Source: Bacteriovoracia bacterium
Lineage (GTDB): Bacteria; Bdellovibrionota; UBA1018; JBFWNL01
NCBI GenBank assembly: GCA_050251055.1
Contig: JBFWNL010000005.1
Location: 226,451-290,450 of the forward strand
Direction: 5' to 3'
DNA length: 64,000 nt
Below are positions 9,789 to 19,363 of this stretch, piece by piece; the stretch's first letter is position 1; each line of letters begins with the position of its first letter. The notes beneath the pieces are model-generated. The model saw nothing but the letters and a program-made list of their open reading frames with translations, ran no database searches and was not told the DNA's origin. Made by a program: the position numbers and the translations under genes.

Positions 9789-11606
9789 CTATACTTTTCC
9801 TTCAATCATTGTGATTCTGCTTGGGATACTGCTTTCCTCTGAGGCAAAGCTAATTTTTGGAATGTTCAAAAACTCGTCAACAATCATGCACCCCTCAACA
9901 ATCCATGAGCTGTTGTTCTGATTGTGGTTCTTCTTGAGAGTACTTCGGTTGGCGACACACTTGAGGCCATTTGGAAATAGTTGCTTTAGATGAACGTTCG
10001 CCAATGCGGGATCGCACTCAAAATATTCGATCAACTTTTCAAACTTTGCTTTGAGGGCAAACGGCGTAAGAAGTAGTTTGTCCACATTAGCGAATCTAAG
10101 TGACCGAAGCCTGTTGGTGAAGAAAGTTACCTGACCTTCTTTTTCAGACAGAGCTTCTTTAATTGTCGCTGATGTATCACCGTGAGTTGTCACAAACTTC
10201 AGAAGGTTACTTAACTCACGTTCAGCATCCCGTCGTTTGATTTCAAGCGCTCTGATCTCTTCGGGTGCAACTCGCAACCGCGCCTTAATGATTTCGTTGG
10301 ACCGTTTGGTTGCAGATTCAAGATAAGCCGTTGACAACAGTACCGATGAGATTAAGTCACAGACCTTCTTCTCCGCTTTCTTACGGCTCATAAGGCGATT
10401 GTTCGAACAACGGCCTTTGTCTTTCCGGTGGTTCATATAGCAGCCGTAATAGCCGCCTTTCTGGCCGGTGATTTGGAGCATAGGAGAACCGCACTCTCCA
10501 CAGGTCAGAACTCCCGCCAAGAGAGTGTTCGACTTCGATCCTACTTGTTTGATCTCACGCGCGGTCGCCAATCTATTTCGAGTGCGCTTAAACTTCTCTT
10601 GGCTCATAGATAAGCGCGTTTGGACTTTGTTCCAAAGCTCTATGGGAACAATGACTAGGTCTTCGCGTACCTCAGATTTGCCGAGATGAGAAATCCATGC
10701 ATCTGTCGGATGATCGCGCTTCTCAAACTTCTCGGTGTCGGGATTAAGAACCCTTGATGTCTTACCCCATTCCCAAATTCCAATGTACTTCTTGCGAGAG
10801 AGAATCTTACCAATCGTGGTTGAACTCCAGTTGACCTCACGGCCCGAGATTTTCTTACCACGAGTCGTTGATGGAACTTGGCGCTTGTTAAACTCTTTAG
10901 CGATGGCGGCCTTTCCCATGCCACCCGCATAAAGCTGGAACATCTCGACGATGTGCTTTGACTGTTCTGGTTCAACAAAGATTTTGTAGTGTGATGGGAT
11001 TTCACGATCACCAACGAATCTGGTCTGAGTGGGCTCAGAGTAGTAACCGTAGCAAATATCCCCGGTGCTGTACCCCTTGAGGACACGAGCTTCTTGACCA
11101 CGCTTGGTTCGCTGAGCGTGAATGTCATTGCCCAGTTCGTTGACCAGCCCCTTTACTTGAAACAGAATCTTGGCGTTAGGGGACTCGGAACTCATGCCAT
11201 CGCAGAGACTATAGACCTCGTGACTGCGATGCTTGATCTTTCGATAGAACTTGTCGGTTTTACCCATTGAACGAAGAGTTCGAGACAGGTCGCAAACGAA
11301 ACTGACTTTCGCACGACCCTCATCAATGGCCGCGTTGTATTGTTCAAACCCATCGCGAGCGGCAATGCGGCCAGTTTCGGCTTCGTCTTTGAAAATCAAC
11401 TCTGGTGGGAATTCAATTCTATATTTCGACAAGGGATACTTGGTGAGAGTTACGCGTCCAGTGTCAACGTAGTAAATGACCCGAGCGATCTGATCGTTTG
11501 CTGACTCCGGGTTTTGCATATCCGAGCTGTACCTTGCATATACAGCCGCGTGAATGACCTCCCGCGTGTCCCCTTGTTCTTGTCGTCTCGATCTCTCGTA
11601 TGCCAT
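9789..11606 (-). CDS. Large serine recombinase (integrase)
   Basis: YARYSSDMQ catalytic motif, DLSR, recombinase domain (YGY, KYIGIWEWGK), Zn-ribbon LLAGVLTCGECGSPM...YYGC, coiled coil. Confidence 0.93.
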   Translation of the reverse strand: MAYERSRRQEQGDTREVIHAAVYARYSSDMQNPESANDQIARVIYYVDTGRVTLTKYPLSKYRIEFPPELIFKDEAETGRIAARDGFEQYNAAIDEGRAKVSFVCDLSRTLRSMGKTDKFYRKIKHRSHEVYSLCDGMSSESPNAKILFQVKGLVNELGNDIHAQRTKRGQEARVLKGYSTGDICYGYYSEPTQTRFVGDREIPSHYKIFVEPEQSKHIVEMFQLYAGGMGKAAIAKEFNKRQVPSTTRGKKISGREVNWSSTTIGKILSRKKYIGIWEWGKTSRVLNPDTEKFEKRDHPTDAWISHLGKSEVREDLVIVPIELWNKVQTRLSMSQEKFKRTRNRLATAREIKQVGSKSNTLLAGVLTCGECGSPMLQITGQKGGYYGCYMNHRKDKGRCSNNRLMSRKKAEKKVCDLISSVLLSTAYLESATKRSNEIIKARLRVAPEEIRALEIKRRDAERELSNLLKFVTTHGDTSATIKEALSEKEGQVTFFTNRLRSLRFANVDKLLLTPFALKAKFEKLIEYFECDPALANVHLKQLFPNGLKCVANRSTLKKNHNQNNSSWIVEGCMIVDEFLNIPKISFASEESSIPSRITMIEGKV

Positions 11607-12035
11607 CTATCCAACCACCTCATCACAAACCAAATTAAGTATGCCGTCGATTGCCTCCCACGCATTCTTTGATCGCGTGAAGCTGAATCTCAGCTCTATG
11701 TCGTCTTGACCTTGTTGCTTATTTCTTTGTTGAGATTTCTTTTTCAAGACACACGACTTGCATTGGGTCTCAACGCCACCGATCTTGGTTCGATTCCGGT
11801 GAAAGCTCTCAAATGTCTTCCACTCAAAACAAATCCGGCAGACGCGGCCCTCGTGGGTTATATCCCGTTTCTGCGCGGATGGTCCACGAAGAGGAAGCGA
11901 CTCGAAGCTGTTGATTTTGTTCGTGGAAGTGACGGCGAGGACGAATGTCATGCCGACAGCCGCACGAGAAGCAATCTGCAGCGATCCGAACATCAGTTTG
12001 AACCGTTTGATTTTGCAGGGGCTGAGTTCGATCAT
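11607..12035 (-). CDS. Zn-finger hypothetical protein
   Basis: CRIC...CKSC phage-type Zn finger; tightly coupled between rep and recombinase; start uncertain. Confidence 0.6.
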   Translation of the reverse strand: MIELSPCKIKRFKLMFGSLQIASRAAVGMTFVLAVTSTNKINSFESLPLRGPSAQKRDITHEGRVCRICFEWKTFESFHRNRTKIGGVETQCKSCVLKKKSQQRNKQQGQDDIELRFSFTRSKNAWEAIDGILNLVCDEVVG

Positions 12036-13108
12036 TGCTGTACCTCATTGTCAGCGGACTGACTGCCAGAATCTTGCTCACCGTCGTAACCAACATAGGG
12101 GTCATCGTCCCAAAAACTCAATGCAGCTACCGCTCTCTCTGGTTTGCCAAAAAAAGAACACATGTCGCGGAACCAAACTTTGTCGAGATCGACAGGATAA
12201 GGAACGGCTTGGACATATTTTGAGAAGTCTCTTTGAAACTTGCCGTTTGCGTTCACCTTTTTCCTCGCCAAGTGACCGCCTAACTCATTGGAAAGTGTCT
12301 GAGCTTGAACACAACGGATCAGTTCACTTCTGAGCTTCACCTCCGACAGGGAAGTGAAGTTCAATCCCTCTAAGCCAATTTTACGAAACGGTTTGTAGTA
12401 ACCCCACTCTTGGCGCTCTATGAGGTCAGGAAGTTGAGTCAAAAACTTGATAGGATTGTTTTTACCAGTGAGTTGAACTTCTAACCTTGTCAACGGCCCA
12501 GGAATTTTCTCTTTTTTCGCCTTATCATAGACCGACACCACTTCTGGGCTTCGACCAATCTGAAGGCCGTTAAGATGCTCACCGTTGTTATAGTATGCGC
12601 GGCAGAAATTCTTTCTTGTCGCATAGACAAACTTTTTAAGTACGTCGAAGTTATCCGGTATGTCTACGGCAAAGTCAGTTCTAACATTGTCTGCACTTTC
12701 ATATTCATTTCGACCGATCAATCCAATCAAAAATGATTTCATGTGGGCATAGTCACGAAAGTCACTAGGGTTGACCATAACCTTGCGGGAAGAAGGTTTG
12801 TCTTTTCCCCACATATGAAAACAAACTCTTTCTTCGTTAGGCCCTAAGACTCGAAATGTCCAACCGAGCTCAGGAAGTCTGGTAACTTCAGTACGCGCTC
12901 CAAGTCTGTCGGCCAAAGCTTCAACGTCGGAAAAGTGAATCTGTTCAACGGTGAGTAGGATCAACTTATCGATAAGACCTCTTGAACGACGTTCTAAACT
13001 CGTATCTTCAGTGTCATCGGCACTTGAAGCAATGTTAGATGAGTTATTGTCTCTTTGTTTGGGGTTGATATAGGCGGGCCTATTTTTCTTTCTCTTCAAA
13101 CGCGCCAT
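12032..13108 (-). CDS. Rep_trans-family rolling-circle initiator / MOBT-like relaxase
   Basis: RTDFAVD, LQIGRS...SVYDKAKKE, TRLEVQL motifs of the Rep_trans fold. Confidence 0.75.
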   Translation of the reverse strand: MARLKRKKNRPAYINPKQRDNNSSNIASSADDTEDTSLERRSRGLIDKLILLTVEQIHFSDVEALADRLGARTEVTRLPELGWTFRVLGPNEERVCFHMWGKDKPSSRKVMVNPSDFRDYAHMKSFLIGLIGRNEYESADNVRTDFAVDIPDNFDVLKKFVYATRKNFCRAYYNNGEHLNGLQIGRSPEVVSVYDKAKKEKIPGPLTRLEVQLTGKNNPIKFLTQLPDLIERQEWGYYKPFRKIGLEGLNFTSLSEVKLRSELIRCVQAQTLSNELGGHLARKKVNANGKFQRDFSKYVQAVPYPVDLDKVWFRDMCSFFGKPERAVAALSFWDDDPYVGYDGEQDSGSQSADNEVQQ

Positions 13109-13110
13109 GA

Positions 13111-14028
13111 TTAGTTCACCTCAACGACGGGCGAAGCTGGGCTGTCCGCAAGACTCGCATCGGTTCGATCAAAATTTTGTTTTTTGCAGAACACTTGGGT
13201 CTTGCCAGAAACCAAAGCAATAATGTGCATTGCTTCAATCCTCTGGATGCCCATGAACATGATGTCGCTATTGCCAATGATCGCGAGAGTTTTGGCGTAC
13301 TTTTGACCGTACTTTTTCAAATCGCCAAAGAGTTTAATTGCTTGATTCATGTACTCAGCGTCTCCCAATAGCAACTCTCGTTTTGTTGACTTAGTGGCAA
13401 CGTCTTTTGTTACCTCAAATGTTTTACTCTTAACCTGCTCAAGGACTGCATCTCTCTCACCCGGGTCGTCAGGACGGACAATTTGGTCGGCCTGTTTTTG
13501 GGTGATCTCTCCTTCGTCAAGGGCCTTTGCGACCTTAGGAGTCATGCGCTCGCCGATGCGGGTTTTTTCTGTGATCGAGTTCACTGACCGCCCGGTCTCT
13601 TTGGCGACCTTTTGGGCGAAACTAAAACTCTGAGAGTTTTTCTTTTTGCCCCGACCGGTGTCCTCTTTCGTTGTAACTTGCTTGGTCTCTTGCCAGTGCT
13701 TCTTGAGCCACGCGAGGGCCTTCATCTCCTCAGACTTCGTGTATGACTCTCGCTTCATGTTTTCGAAGATTCCAGCCGCAGTCTGAGCATTTTCTGTGTC
13801 AAACTCACGAACGACACAGTCGATCTTTTCCCATCCTAATTCTCGTGCGGCCCGAAGTCTTCGTTCTCCTGCGACAAGAAATTTGTCAGGGGTTATTACG
13901 ATCGGCTGAAGTAGACCGTTGGCGGCCATGTTCCTTTTGAGGTCCTCAATGTCGAAGCATTTCCTGAAGTTGTTCTTAACGACGACTTCAGTCGGGCTGA
14001 TTTTGATTCTCATATTTTTCAGTGACAT
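13111..14028 (-). CDS. ParB/Spo0J-family protein (start revised to 14028)
   Basis: GLLQPIVI, LVAGERRLRA, ENMKRE; AGGAG RBS before MSLKNMRI. Confidence 0.9.
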   Translation of the reverse strand: MSLKNMRIKISPTEVVVKNNFRKCFDIEDLKRNMAANGLLQPIVITPDKFLVAGERRLRAARELGWEKIDCVVREFDTENAQTAAGIFENMKRESYTKSEEMKALAWLKKHWQETKQVTTKEDTGRGKKKNSQSFSFAQKVAKETGRSVNSITEKTRIGERMTPKVAKALDEGEITQKQADQIVRPDDPGERDAVLEQVKSKTFEVTKDVATKSTKRELLLGDAEYMNQAIKLFGDLKKYGQKYAKTLAIIGNSDIMFMGIQRIEAMHIIALVSGKTQVFCKKQNFDRTDASLADSPASPVVEVN

Positions 14029-14257
14029 CGCTTTTCTCCTTGTTTGGCGTCTGTGTGTAACGGCCAAGCCCAGTGCGACCAAAAATCTGCAACACTCGGC
14101 TGCGGATAAAGGGCCACGAATCGGTATGACCGTAAGCTGATTGCAAATTGTTAAGGAGATTTCGGCGAGCGTAGTCGATGAAGTCTTCGAGTGATTGACC
14201 TTTGTACTGTTCGTCCATTCCAAAATCTCCGGTGTCCGTAAAACTCGGATGGACCAT
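13988..14257 (-). CDS. Small hypothetical protein (probably starts at MDEQYK)
   Basis: GGAG RBS before the internal ATG; fills the gap upstream of the revised parB start. Confidence 0.5.
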   Translation of the reverse strand: MVHPSFTDTGDFGMDEQYKGQSLEDFIDYARRNLLNNLQSAYGHTDSWPFIRSRVLQIFGRTGLGRYTQTPNKEKSDVTEKYENQNQPD

Positions 14258-14317
14258 ATAAGAGTCTGTGAATGATCGGTAAAAGTGATTAAGGAAATCC
14301 TTAACCTCTTAAGGCAC

Positions 14318-14995
14318 CTAGTCGAAATTGAATGGGATGTAGGGAGCCTGTCGTATGTATTTGGTCGCTGCTTTGAGGTCGTCTTCTACCTTTTTTGAGT
14401 TATTGCCTGGGCCTCGGTTATCGGGAGTCTCGTAAAAGCTAAGGAGTTCACTGGTGATCTGATAGTTGGTCAGCTCTGGATTTTCTTTTTTAAGATCGTG
14501 GGCCTTCAGGATGCGATCCAATAACTGAGTATCGGCTCGGGACCGAGTCTTCTTACCTACGGAGGCTTTGCTCTTTCGGTATTGATCTTGAAGTGAGAGC
14601 ATCTCTCGATTGAAATCAACGTCTTTGGATTTGAACAATTCAAGATCAACAGTAATGAGAGCGAACCTTTTCGAGTTCTCCTCACCGCTATCAGGGGGAC
14701 GGAAAAAAGTTAGTTCCTGGAAAGGCCCATCGCGTTTTGTCAGTTCCTCATATGTAAGAGGTCCCCACAGCGTAGCGGCCTCAAAATAAAAGACCAAATA
14801 CTTGGGAGGATTTTCATCTCTGTAGTCAAGAAAATCACTTATACCCCATAGCTTAAAGGCTCTAATGGAAAGGTCAGCGGTCAACGGATCATTGTCACCC
14901 ACAAGCGCATGGGCGTATTCATCATACATCGCCCTATATGCCATGTTCCTTCTCAAGAACTGCCAATTATAGAATGTTACTAAATCCCGCTCCAA
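14318..14995 (-). CDS. DUF6499-like transcriptional regulator
   Basis: N-terminal WQFLRRNMAY matches the W(E/Q)FLRRNPxY motif; C-terminal HTH-like segment (LTNYQITSEL). Confidence 0.6.
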   Translation of the reverse strand: MERDLVTFYNWQFLRRNMAYRAMYDEYAHALVGDNDPLTADLSIRAFKLWGISDFLDYRDENPPKYLVFYFEAATLWGPLTYEELTKRDGPFQELTFFRPPDSGEENSKRFALITVDLELFKSKDVDFNREMLSLQDQYRKSKASVGKKTRSRADTQLLDRILKAHDLKKENPELTNYQITSELLSFYETPDNRGPGNNSKKVEDDLKAATKYIRQAPYIPFNFD

Positions 14996-15207
14996 GAAAA
15001 CCGTTCCTTAAAAATCGATTAAATAACCCACTTAAAGGAATCAGACAAGCCTAGTGAAATACACTGCAGAAAAACCGCCTATTTGCTTAGTTTTTCAAAT
15101 TGATTTGATACATGCGACCCCCTCCTAAAAATTTGCTCGATTCTAGGTAGACTAGGTCAACGGACTGGCGCAGCTCAAAAGTCCTAAAATAAGAGACCCA
15201 CGTCTGG

Positions 15208-15822
15208 TTAGAGAACAGCATCAACTCTCGTCTGAGTCGCCGCAGTGAAGTGGAGATAGATCGCCGTTGTCGATGGACTTGCATGCCCCAAAAAACGCTG
15301 AACTTCGTGGAGTAAAAAACCACGGTTAAGCAAATGAGTCGCAAAGTGATGTCGAAGCCCATGAAAGTTGATTGATCTATTGATACCACAACGTCGTCGC
15401 CAAAATGAAAAACGCCTTTCGACGGTGAATCGACTGAAAGGGCGACTTGAACGGTTCAGGAACAGCCTCTGTGTTGGTTCAATCGACTGGTTCATTATCG
15501 TTGACTTAATTTTCAATAGCTCCGCGATTGCGCTCTTGCCGCGTTTTCCAAGAGGAATCACCCGTAACTTTGAACCCTTGCCAATGACCTTGATTGAGTT
15601 CTCACTAATGTCACCGATTTTTAGATTGCAGATTTCACTTACTCTCATGCCAGTTAGACTGCCGATTAAGACAAGAAAGAAGTCGTTGACGTGGTGGACT
15701 TTCTTTTTGGTTTGGATAGACTGATCCACAAAGGGTCTGATCGTTTTTAAAAGCAATTGCAGTTCTGATTCGGTCAAAATGCGATCTTCGGTCAACGTAT
15801 AGTTTCGCGGTTTTTGATTCAT
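15208..15822 (-). CDS. Small tyrosine recombinase (catalytic domain only, Xer/resolvase-like)
   Basis: TGMRVSEI, GKGSK.R, HGLRH.FATHL, LGHAS..TT.IY; AGGAGG RBS before MNQKP. Confidence 0.9.
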   Translation of the reverse strand: MNQKPRNYTLTEDRILTESELQLLLKTIRPFVDQSIQTKKKVHHVNDFFLVLIGSLTGMRVSEICNLKIGDISENSIKVIGKGSKLRVIPLGKRGKSAIAELLKIKSTIMNQSIEPTQRLFLNRSSRPFSRFTVERRFSFWRRRCGINRSINFHGLRHHFATHLLNRGFLLHEVQRFLGHASPSTTAIYLHFTAATQTRVDAVL

Positions 15823-15953
15823 ATTGAGTCCTCCTAGTTCGATAGGTCTCAAAACTCATTTTATGGACCAAACTGTGACCTGTCCCGCAAAAGGGGATTA
15901 TGGGCTCATATGGAGATCATGTAGAACTGCGAAGAAAATCAACGACTTCGAGC

Positions 15954-15987
15954 AAAAGGTCTCAGAATCTCAGTTCTGTGACCTTTT
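15954..15987. repeat. 14-6-14 inverted repeat (recombination site or bidirectional terminator)
   Basis: AAAAGGTCTCAGAA-tctcag-TTCTGTGACCTTTT, one mismatch. Confidence 0.6.
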
Positions 15988-16092
15988 AGATTAGTGACCG
16001 TGGACCCTGCGATTTGGTCGTCTTCATAGTCAAACTCCCTGGAGAGGACCTTGTGGTAGCGGAGGGTGCGAAGTCCCTAGACAGTTCGAGAG

Positions 16093-16500
16093 TCAGTCAA
16101 ACTTTGGAAGTGACCCATAAGGAATCGGTTCGGGTGTCACTGGGTTTTCCCTATAACCAAGGATTTTACGAATGTAGTCGTCTCTTCTGAACTGACGTAC
16201 CTCTTCAGGGTCCAAATCGAAGAGGGACAAAATCGTCCGTAAGTCTCCCATTGAAAGTTGCTTTAAGTTGTAGACCGACATTTTCTTTAGGTTCTGCCTA
16301 AAGTGCTCACGACGGACCCAGACCAGAAGTCGTTGGGCTTGTACTGATAGATTCTTGGCTCCGTTTGGTTTTGCTACTTTCTTCTTGGTCCTATACGGCT
16401 CAGATAATGGGTGCGCCGTGACTGCAACAAGAGGCTGAGGCGCATATTCGACGACTCTCGAATCGGGTTCTGCGTATCGGCTTCTTACAGGTCGTCTCAA
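16093..16500 (-). CDS. Hypothetical protein
   Basis: 135-aa ORF overlapping the stop of the upstream XRE gene by 4 nt. Confidence 0.55.
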   Translation of the reverse strand: MRRPVRSRYAEPDSRVVEYAPQPLVAVTAHPLSEPYRTKKKVAKPNGAKNLSVQAQRLLVWVRREHFRQNLKKMSVYNLKQLSMGDLRTILSLFDLDPEEVRQFRRDDYIRKILGYRENPVTPEPIPYGSLPKFD

Positions 16501-16766
16501 GTGATCCCCTCTGCCGAAAAACCAAAGGACCGTCTCACTCGCTCGATTGACTCCGTTGGTACGACGAACAGAGCCTCTGGTTTTACCTTGAAGATTCGCG
16601 CAAGTTTAATGGCGGTGTCGATTCTAGGAACCGTTATGCCTCTCTCAATCTTTGAGTACGCCTGCGGTGTCACACCCAGCAAACGAGCAACGTCGGCCTG
16701 ACTGATTTGAAAGTCTGGATTCCGTTCATTGTAAAACTGACGACATTTACGAACTCGATTCTCCAT
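16497..16766 (-). CDS. XRE/Cro-type HTH regulator
   Basis: SQADVARLLGVTPQAYSKIERGITVP. Confidence 0.9.
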   Translation of the reverse strand: MENRVRKCRQFYNERNPDFQISQADVARLLGVTPQAYSKIERGITVPRIDTAIKLARIFKVKPEALFVVPTESIERVRRSFGFSAEGIT

Positions 16767-17148
16767 GAGTCCCCCTTGTGAAAATCATAAACCATTTGAT
16801 GATGTTTGCCAAATCATAGCACCATCGTCGGATGCGCGAGCACTCGGAGTCTCTCAACTCACAAAGGCATACCCACTCAATTATTTATTCTTAGTATCTT
16901 TGTTATTGGGTAAACGTCCGCAAAGCCGCAATATGAAAACGAAAGATCAACTTTTGTTTCACCGTACTCTAGTACAATGAGTGCCAGACCATACCTTTTT
17001 TTAAGTTATTTTCTGTATATGTTCAAAATGAGGGAATATGCAGGTAGACGGGGGAGCGACCATCAACTGTAAGTTGATTTTTGCGCTGTAAGAGCGGGAT
17101 CGAAATTGGTGAACATTGGTGCAAGTTGCATCAAATGACCAATGGTCT

Positions 17149-18294
17149 TTACTGGTTCAGTTTCCGCTCGATCGCTTTGATTCTCTGGCTCAAACTTTTG
17201 AAGGCTGCACTTTGAAGTTGTCCGTTCAGGTACATTTGTACCAGTTGTTCCTTCGCCTCTTCATGCCCGCGATCCATTGCCGTGACTAACCATTGGACCG
17301 ATTTGACTAAATTCTCTTGAGTTCCTTGGCCTTCAAGGTAACAAATTCCAACGAAGTATTGTGAATCGAGATCACCCTTTTCCGCAGCTCGAAGGCTCCA
17401 TCGAAAGGCCTCAGCATTATTTTTCTCGACGCCATCCCCCCGAGAGTAAAGTGAACCAAGTAAGCCCATTGCTTCGACATTACCTTTCTGGGCAGCCCTC
17501 GTCGCCCAATAGAACGCCTTACCGAAATCTTGCGGCAGTCCGTAGTCAGAAGATTGATAAGTGACCGCGACCTTAGTCATCGCCGCTACATCGCCACTCT
17601 CAGCCTTTTTCAAGTTTACCTTTGCGATCTCTTCGAGTTTTTTGGTCTCAAAGGCATATTGCTTTTGATGCTCGGTGGGAGCACAACCATACTCTTTCGT
17701 TAGAGCTTCTCGATCTTTTACGGTTCCAACTTGCTGTTTGGCCAAGAGAACTCCTTGGTCATAGGCTCTGCAGAGATACTGAGCACCCATACGCTTGTCC
17801 TTGGCAATACAGTTCGATCCTTGAAAGAGCCAATTTGCTAGATTGAACTGGTACACTTTGTCACCGCCATCGGCTTTCTTCTGAACTGCACCAAACGATT
17901 CGCTTGTGGTGGACCATGCCTTACCGTCCCACCACTTTCTCTCTATGACGGAGCCGTCTTTACACTTGGGGTCGGACTCAATCGATGCGTCGATAGTTCT
18001 TTTGCATAACTTTGCTTCTGCTACATCATCGTCAATTCCTTTTGCCGCTGCGTAATGCGAGATTACGTCCCTCAATTTACGGGCGTTGCCAACATTGGCC
18101 TTCACTAAGGATTGGCAAAGGTCATCTAAGTGTTCATCGTCGTTTGCCACTTTACAGGCTATGGATTTTGAGACCATGAGGTTTTTCGAGTTGGCTTCGC
18201 AGTACACCTTCAAATCTGAAATGACTTCGGCGGCATCGGTAAACGGGACGGCAAACAGAATACCGACAATTAAGAAATAACGTGTCTTCATCAT
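17149..18294 (-). CDS. Secreted Sel1-like repeat protein
   Basis: Signal peptide; repeats KAFYWATRAAQKGNVEAMGLLGSLYSRGDGV, AFRWSLRAAEKGDLDSQYFVG..YLEGQG. Confidence 0.9.
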   Translation of the reverse strand: MMKTRYFLIVGILFAVPFTDAAEVISDLKVYCEANSKNLMVSKSIACKVANDDEHLDDLCQSLVKANVGNARKLRDVISHYAAAKGIDDDVAEAKLCKRTIDASIESDPKCKDGSVIERKWWDGKAWSTTSESFGAVQKKADGGDKVYQFNLANWLFQGSNCIAKDKRMGAQYLCRAYDQGVLLAKQQVGTVKDREALTKEYGCAPTEHQKQYAFETKKLEEIAKVNLKKAESGDVAAMTKVAVTYQSSDYGLPQDFGKAFYWATRAAQKGNVEAMGLLGSLYSRGDGVEKNNAEAFRWSLRAAEKGDLDSQYFVGICYLEGQGTQENLVKSVQWLVTAMDRGHEEAKEQLVQMYLNGQLQSAAFKSLSQRIKAIERKLNQ

Positions 18295-18386
18295 GTCTGT
18301 CTCCCTTTGGACAAAGTCTTCGACGTTCTCTGAACCCGTCTGACATATCGTCCAACTTTAGCAATAGCAGTAGCTACGCCTCGTTC

Positions 18387-18692
18387 TCACTTTGATCCCC
18401 ACTGGCGGATCGCCGTCGAATAGCTCGTCAGCTTTTCAAACTCGGACTTCGGCATCGAGGGGCCGATCTCGTGTAAGATATGAGCAACGGCTTCAAGTAT
18501 GCTGGTCAAGATTGCCTTGATGTGGGCTTGGTCTTCATCTTGAGATTGCCACCGTAGTCTCATTCGCCCCTCGTACAAGTTGAGGTAAAGACCAATGAGC
18601 TGCATTGACCTGCGATCGCTGACTTGATTGCGCCGAAGGATTGCATTGATCTCATCGAGGTGGTTTTCAAAGCATTGAAACGAGTCACTCAT
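18387..18692 (-). CDS. Hypothetical protein
   Basis: 101-aa ORF with 4-nt overlap to upstream XRE gene. Confidence 0.6.
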   Translation of the reverse strand: MSDSFQCFENHLDEINAILRRNQVSDRRSMQLIGLYLNLYEGRMRLRWQSQDEDQAHIKAILTSILEAVAHILHEIGPSMPKSEFEKLTSYSTAIRQWGSK

Positions 18693-19036
18693 TGGCCCTT
18701 CTTCTTTAGACGTCTTGCGGTAATCTCGAAGAAGCCAGAAAAGTCCGGCTCGTCTTGCACATCGAAAATTTCCCCAAGTGGAATTTCGCTAAAATCAGTT
18801 CGACCTTTTTGTCCGGTCAAGAGCCACTCAAAATCGCATTTGAGAGCGCGACAAAGTCTCTGGACCGCAAGAGCATCTGTCGGGTTTACGCCTGAGAGCC
18901 AATCACCGACTGTGGACGGAGGCACATCAGCCAGTTCCGCCGCAGCTTTCTGTGAAATGCCTCGATCCACCAAAACCGATTTGAGGTTTTGAGCAAACGG
19001 AGAATTAGATTTATGTTTTCTTACACGATCTCTCAT
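18689..19036 (-). CDS. XRE-family HTH regulator
   Basis: ISQKAAAELADVPPSTVGDWLSG...FEWLLTG. Confidence 0.9.
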   Translation of the reverse strand: MRDRVRKHKSNSPFAQNLKSVLVDRGISQKAAAELADVPPSTVGDWLSGVNPTDALAVQRLCRALKCDFEWLLTGQKGRTDFSEIPLGEIFDVQDEPDFSGFFEITARRLKKKGQ

Positions 19037-19063
19037 TCAAACCTTTTTGATACTCGTCGGTTC

Positions 19064-19145
19064 AACCGAACAGAGAACCAAGAGAAATCCGAAACCACGG
19101 TTCACGAACCGCGATCTCGGTTTTTCTTGTTCTGAGTTTTCGGTT
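19064..19145. promoter_or_regulatory. Long imperfect inverted repeat upstream of XRE gene
   Basis: ~40-bp arms centred on GGTTC-ac-GAACC (19099-19110). Confidence 0.5.
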
Positions 19146-19363
19146 TGGCTTCTTTGGCGGTCAGTTCCCTAGCGAGTTGTCTTAGCTGAAGCGTGACTGC
19201 GCCAAGCGTTGACGACAGAAGTTCGAGTTGTCGAGAGGTCGGTAATTTGTCAGTTTTGTTTTTCATCAAAACGAGGGACTATCCCGCTTCACTTCGACTT
19301 GGCTACAAAAAGGCAGTGACTCCGTGGCTCATTTGGATTGCATAGGGATTTACGATAGAAACA

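Noticed and set aside
15112-15135. MOBT-type nic site (ACCCCCTCCTAA)
   Set aside because: Lacks the complementary G-run needed to form the oriT hairpin
15087-15389. 100-aa ORF overlapping the small recombinase, and the many antisense ORFs inside kdp, T4SS and arsenic genes
   Set aside because: Shadow frames of well-supported genes with no motifs
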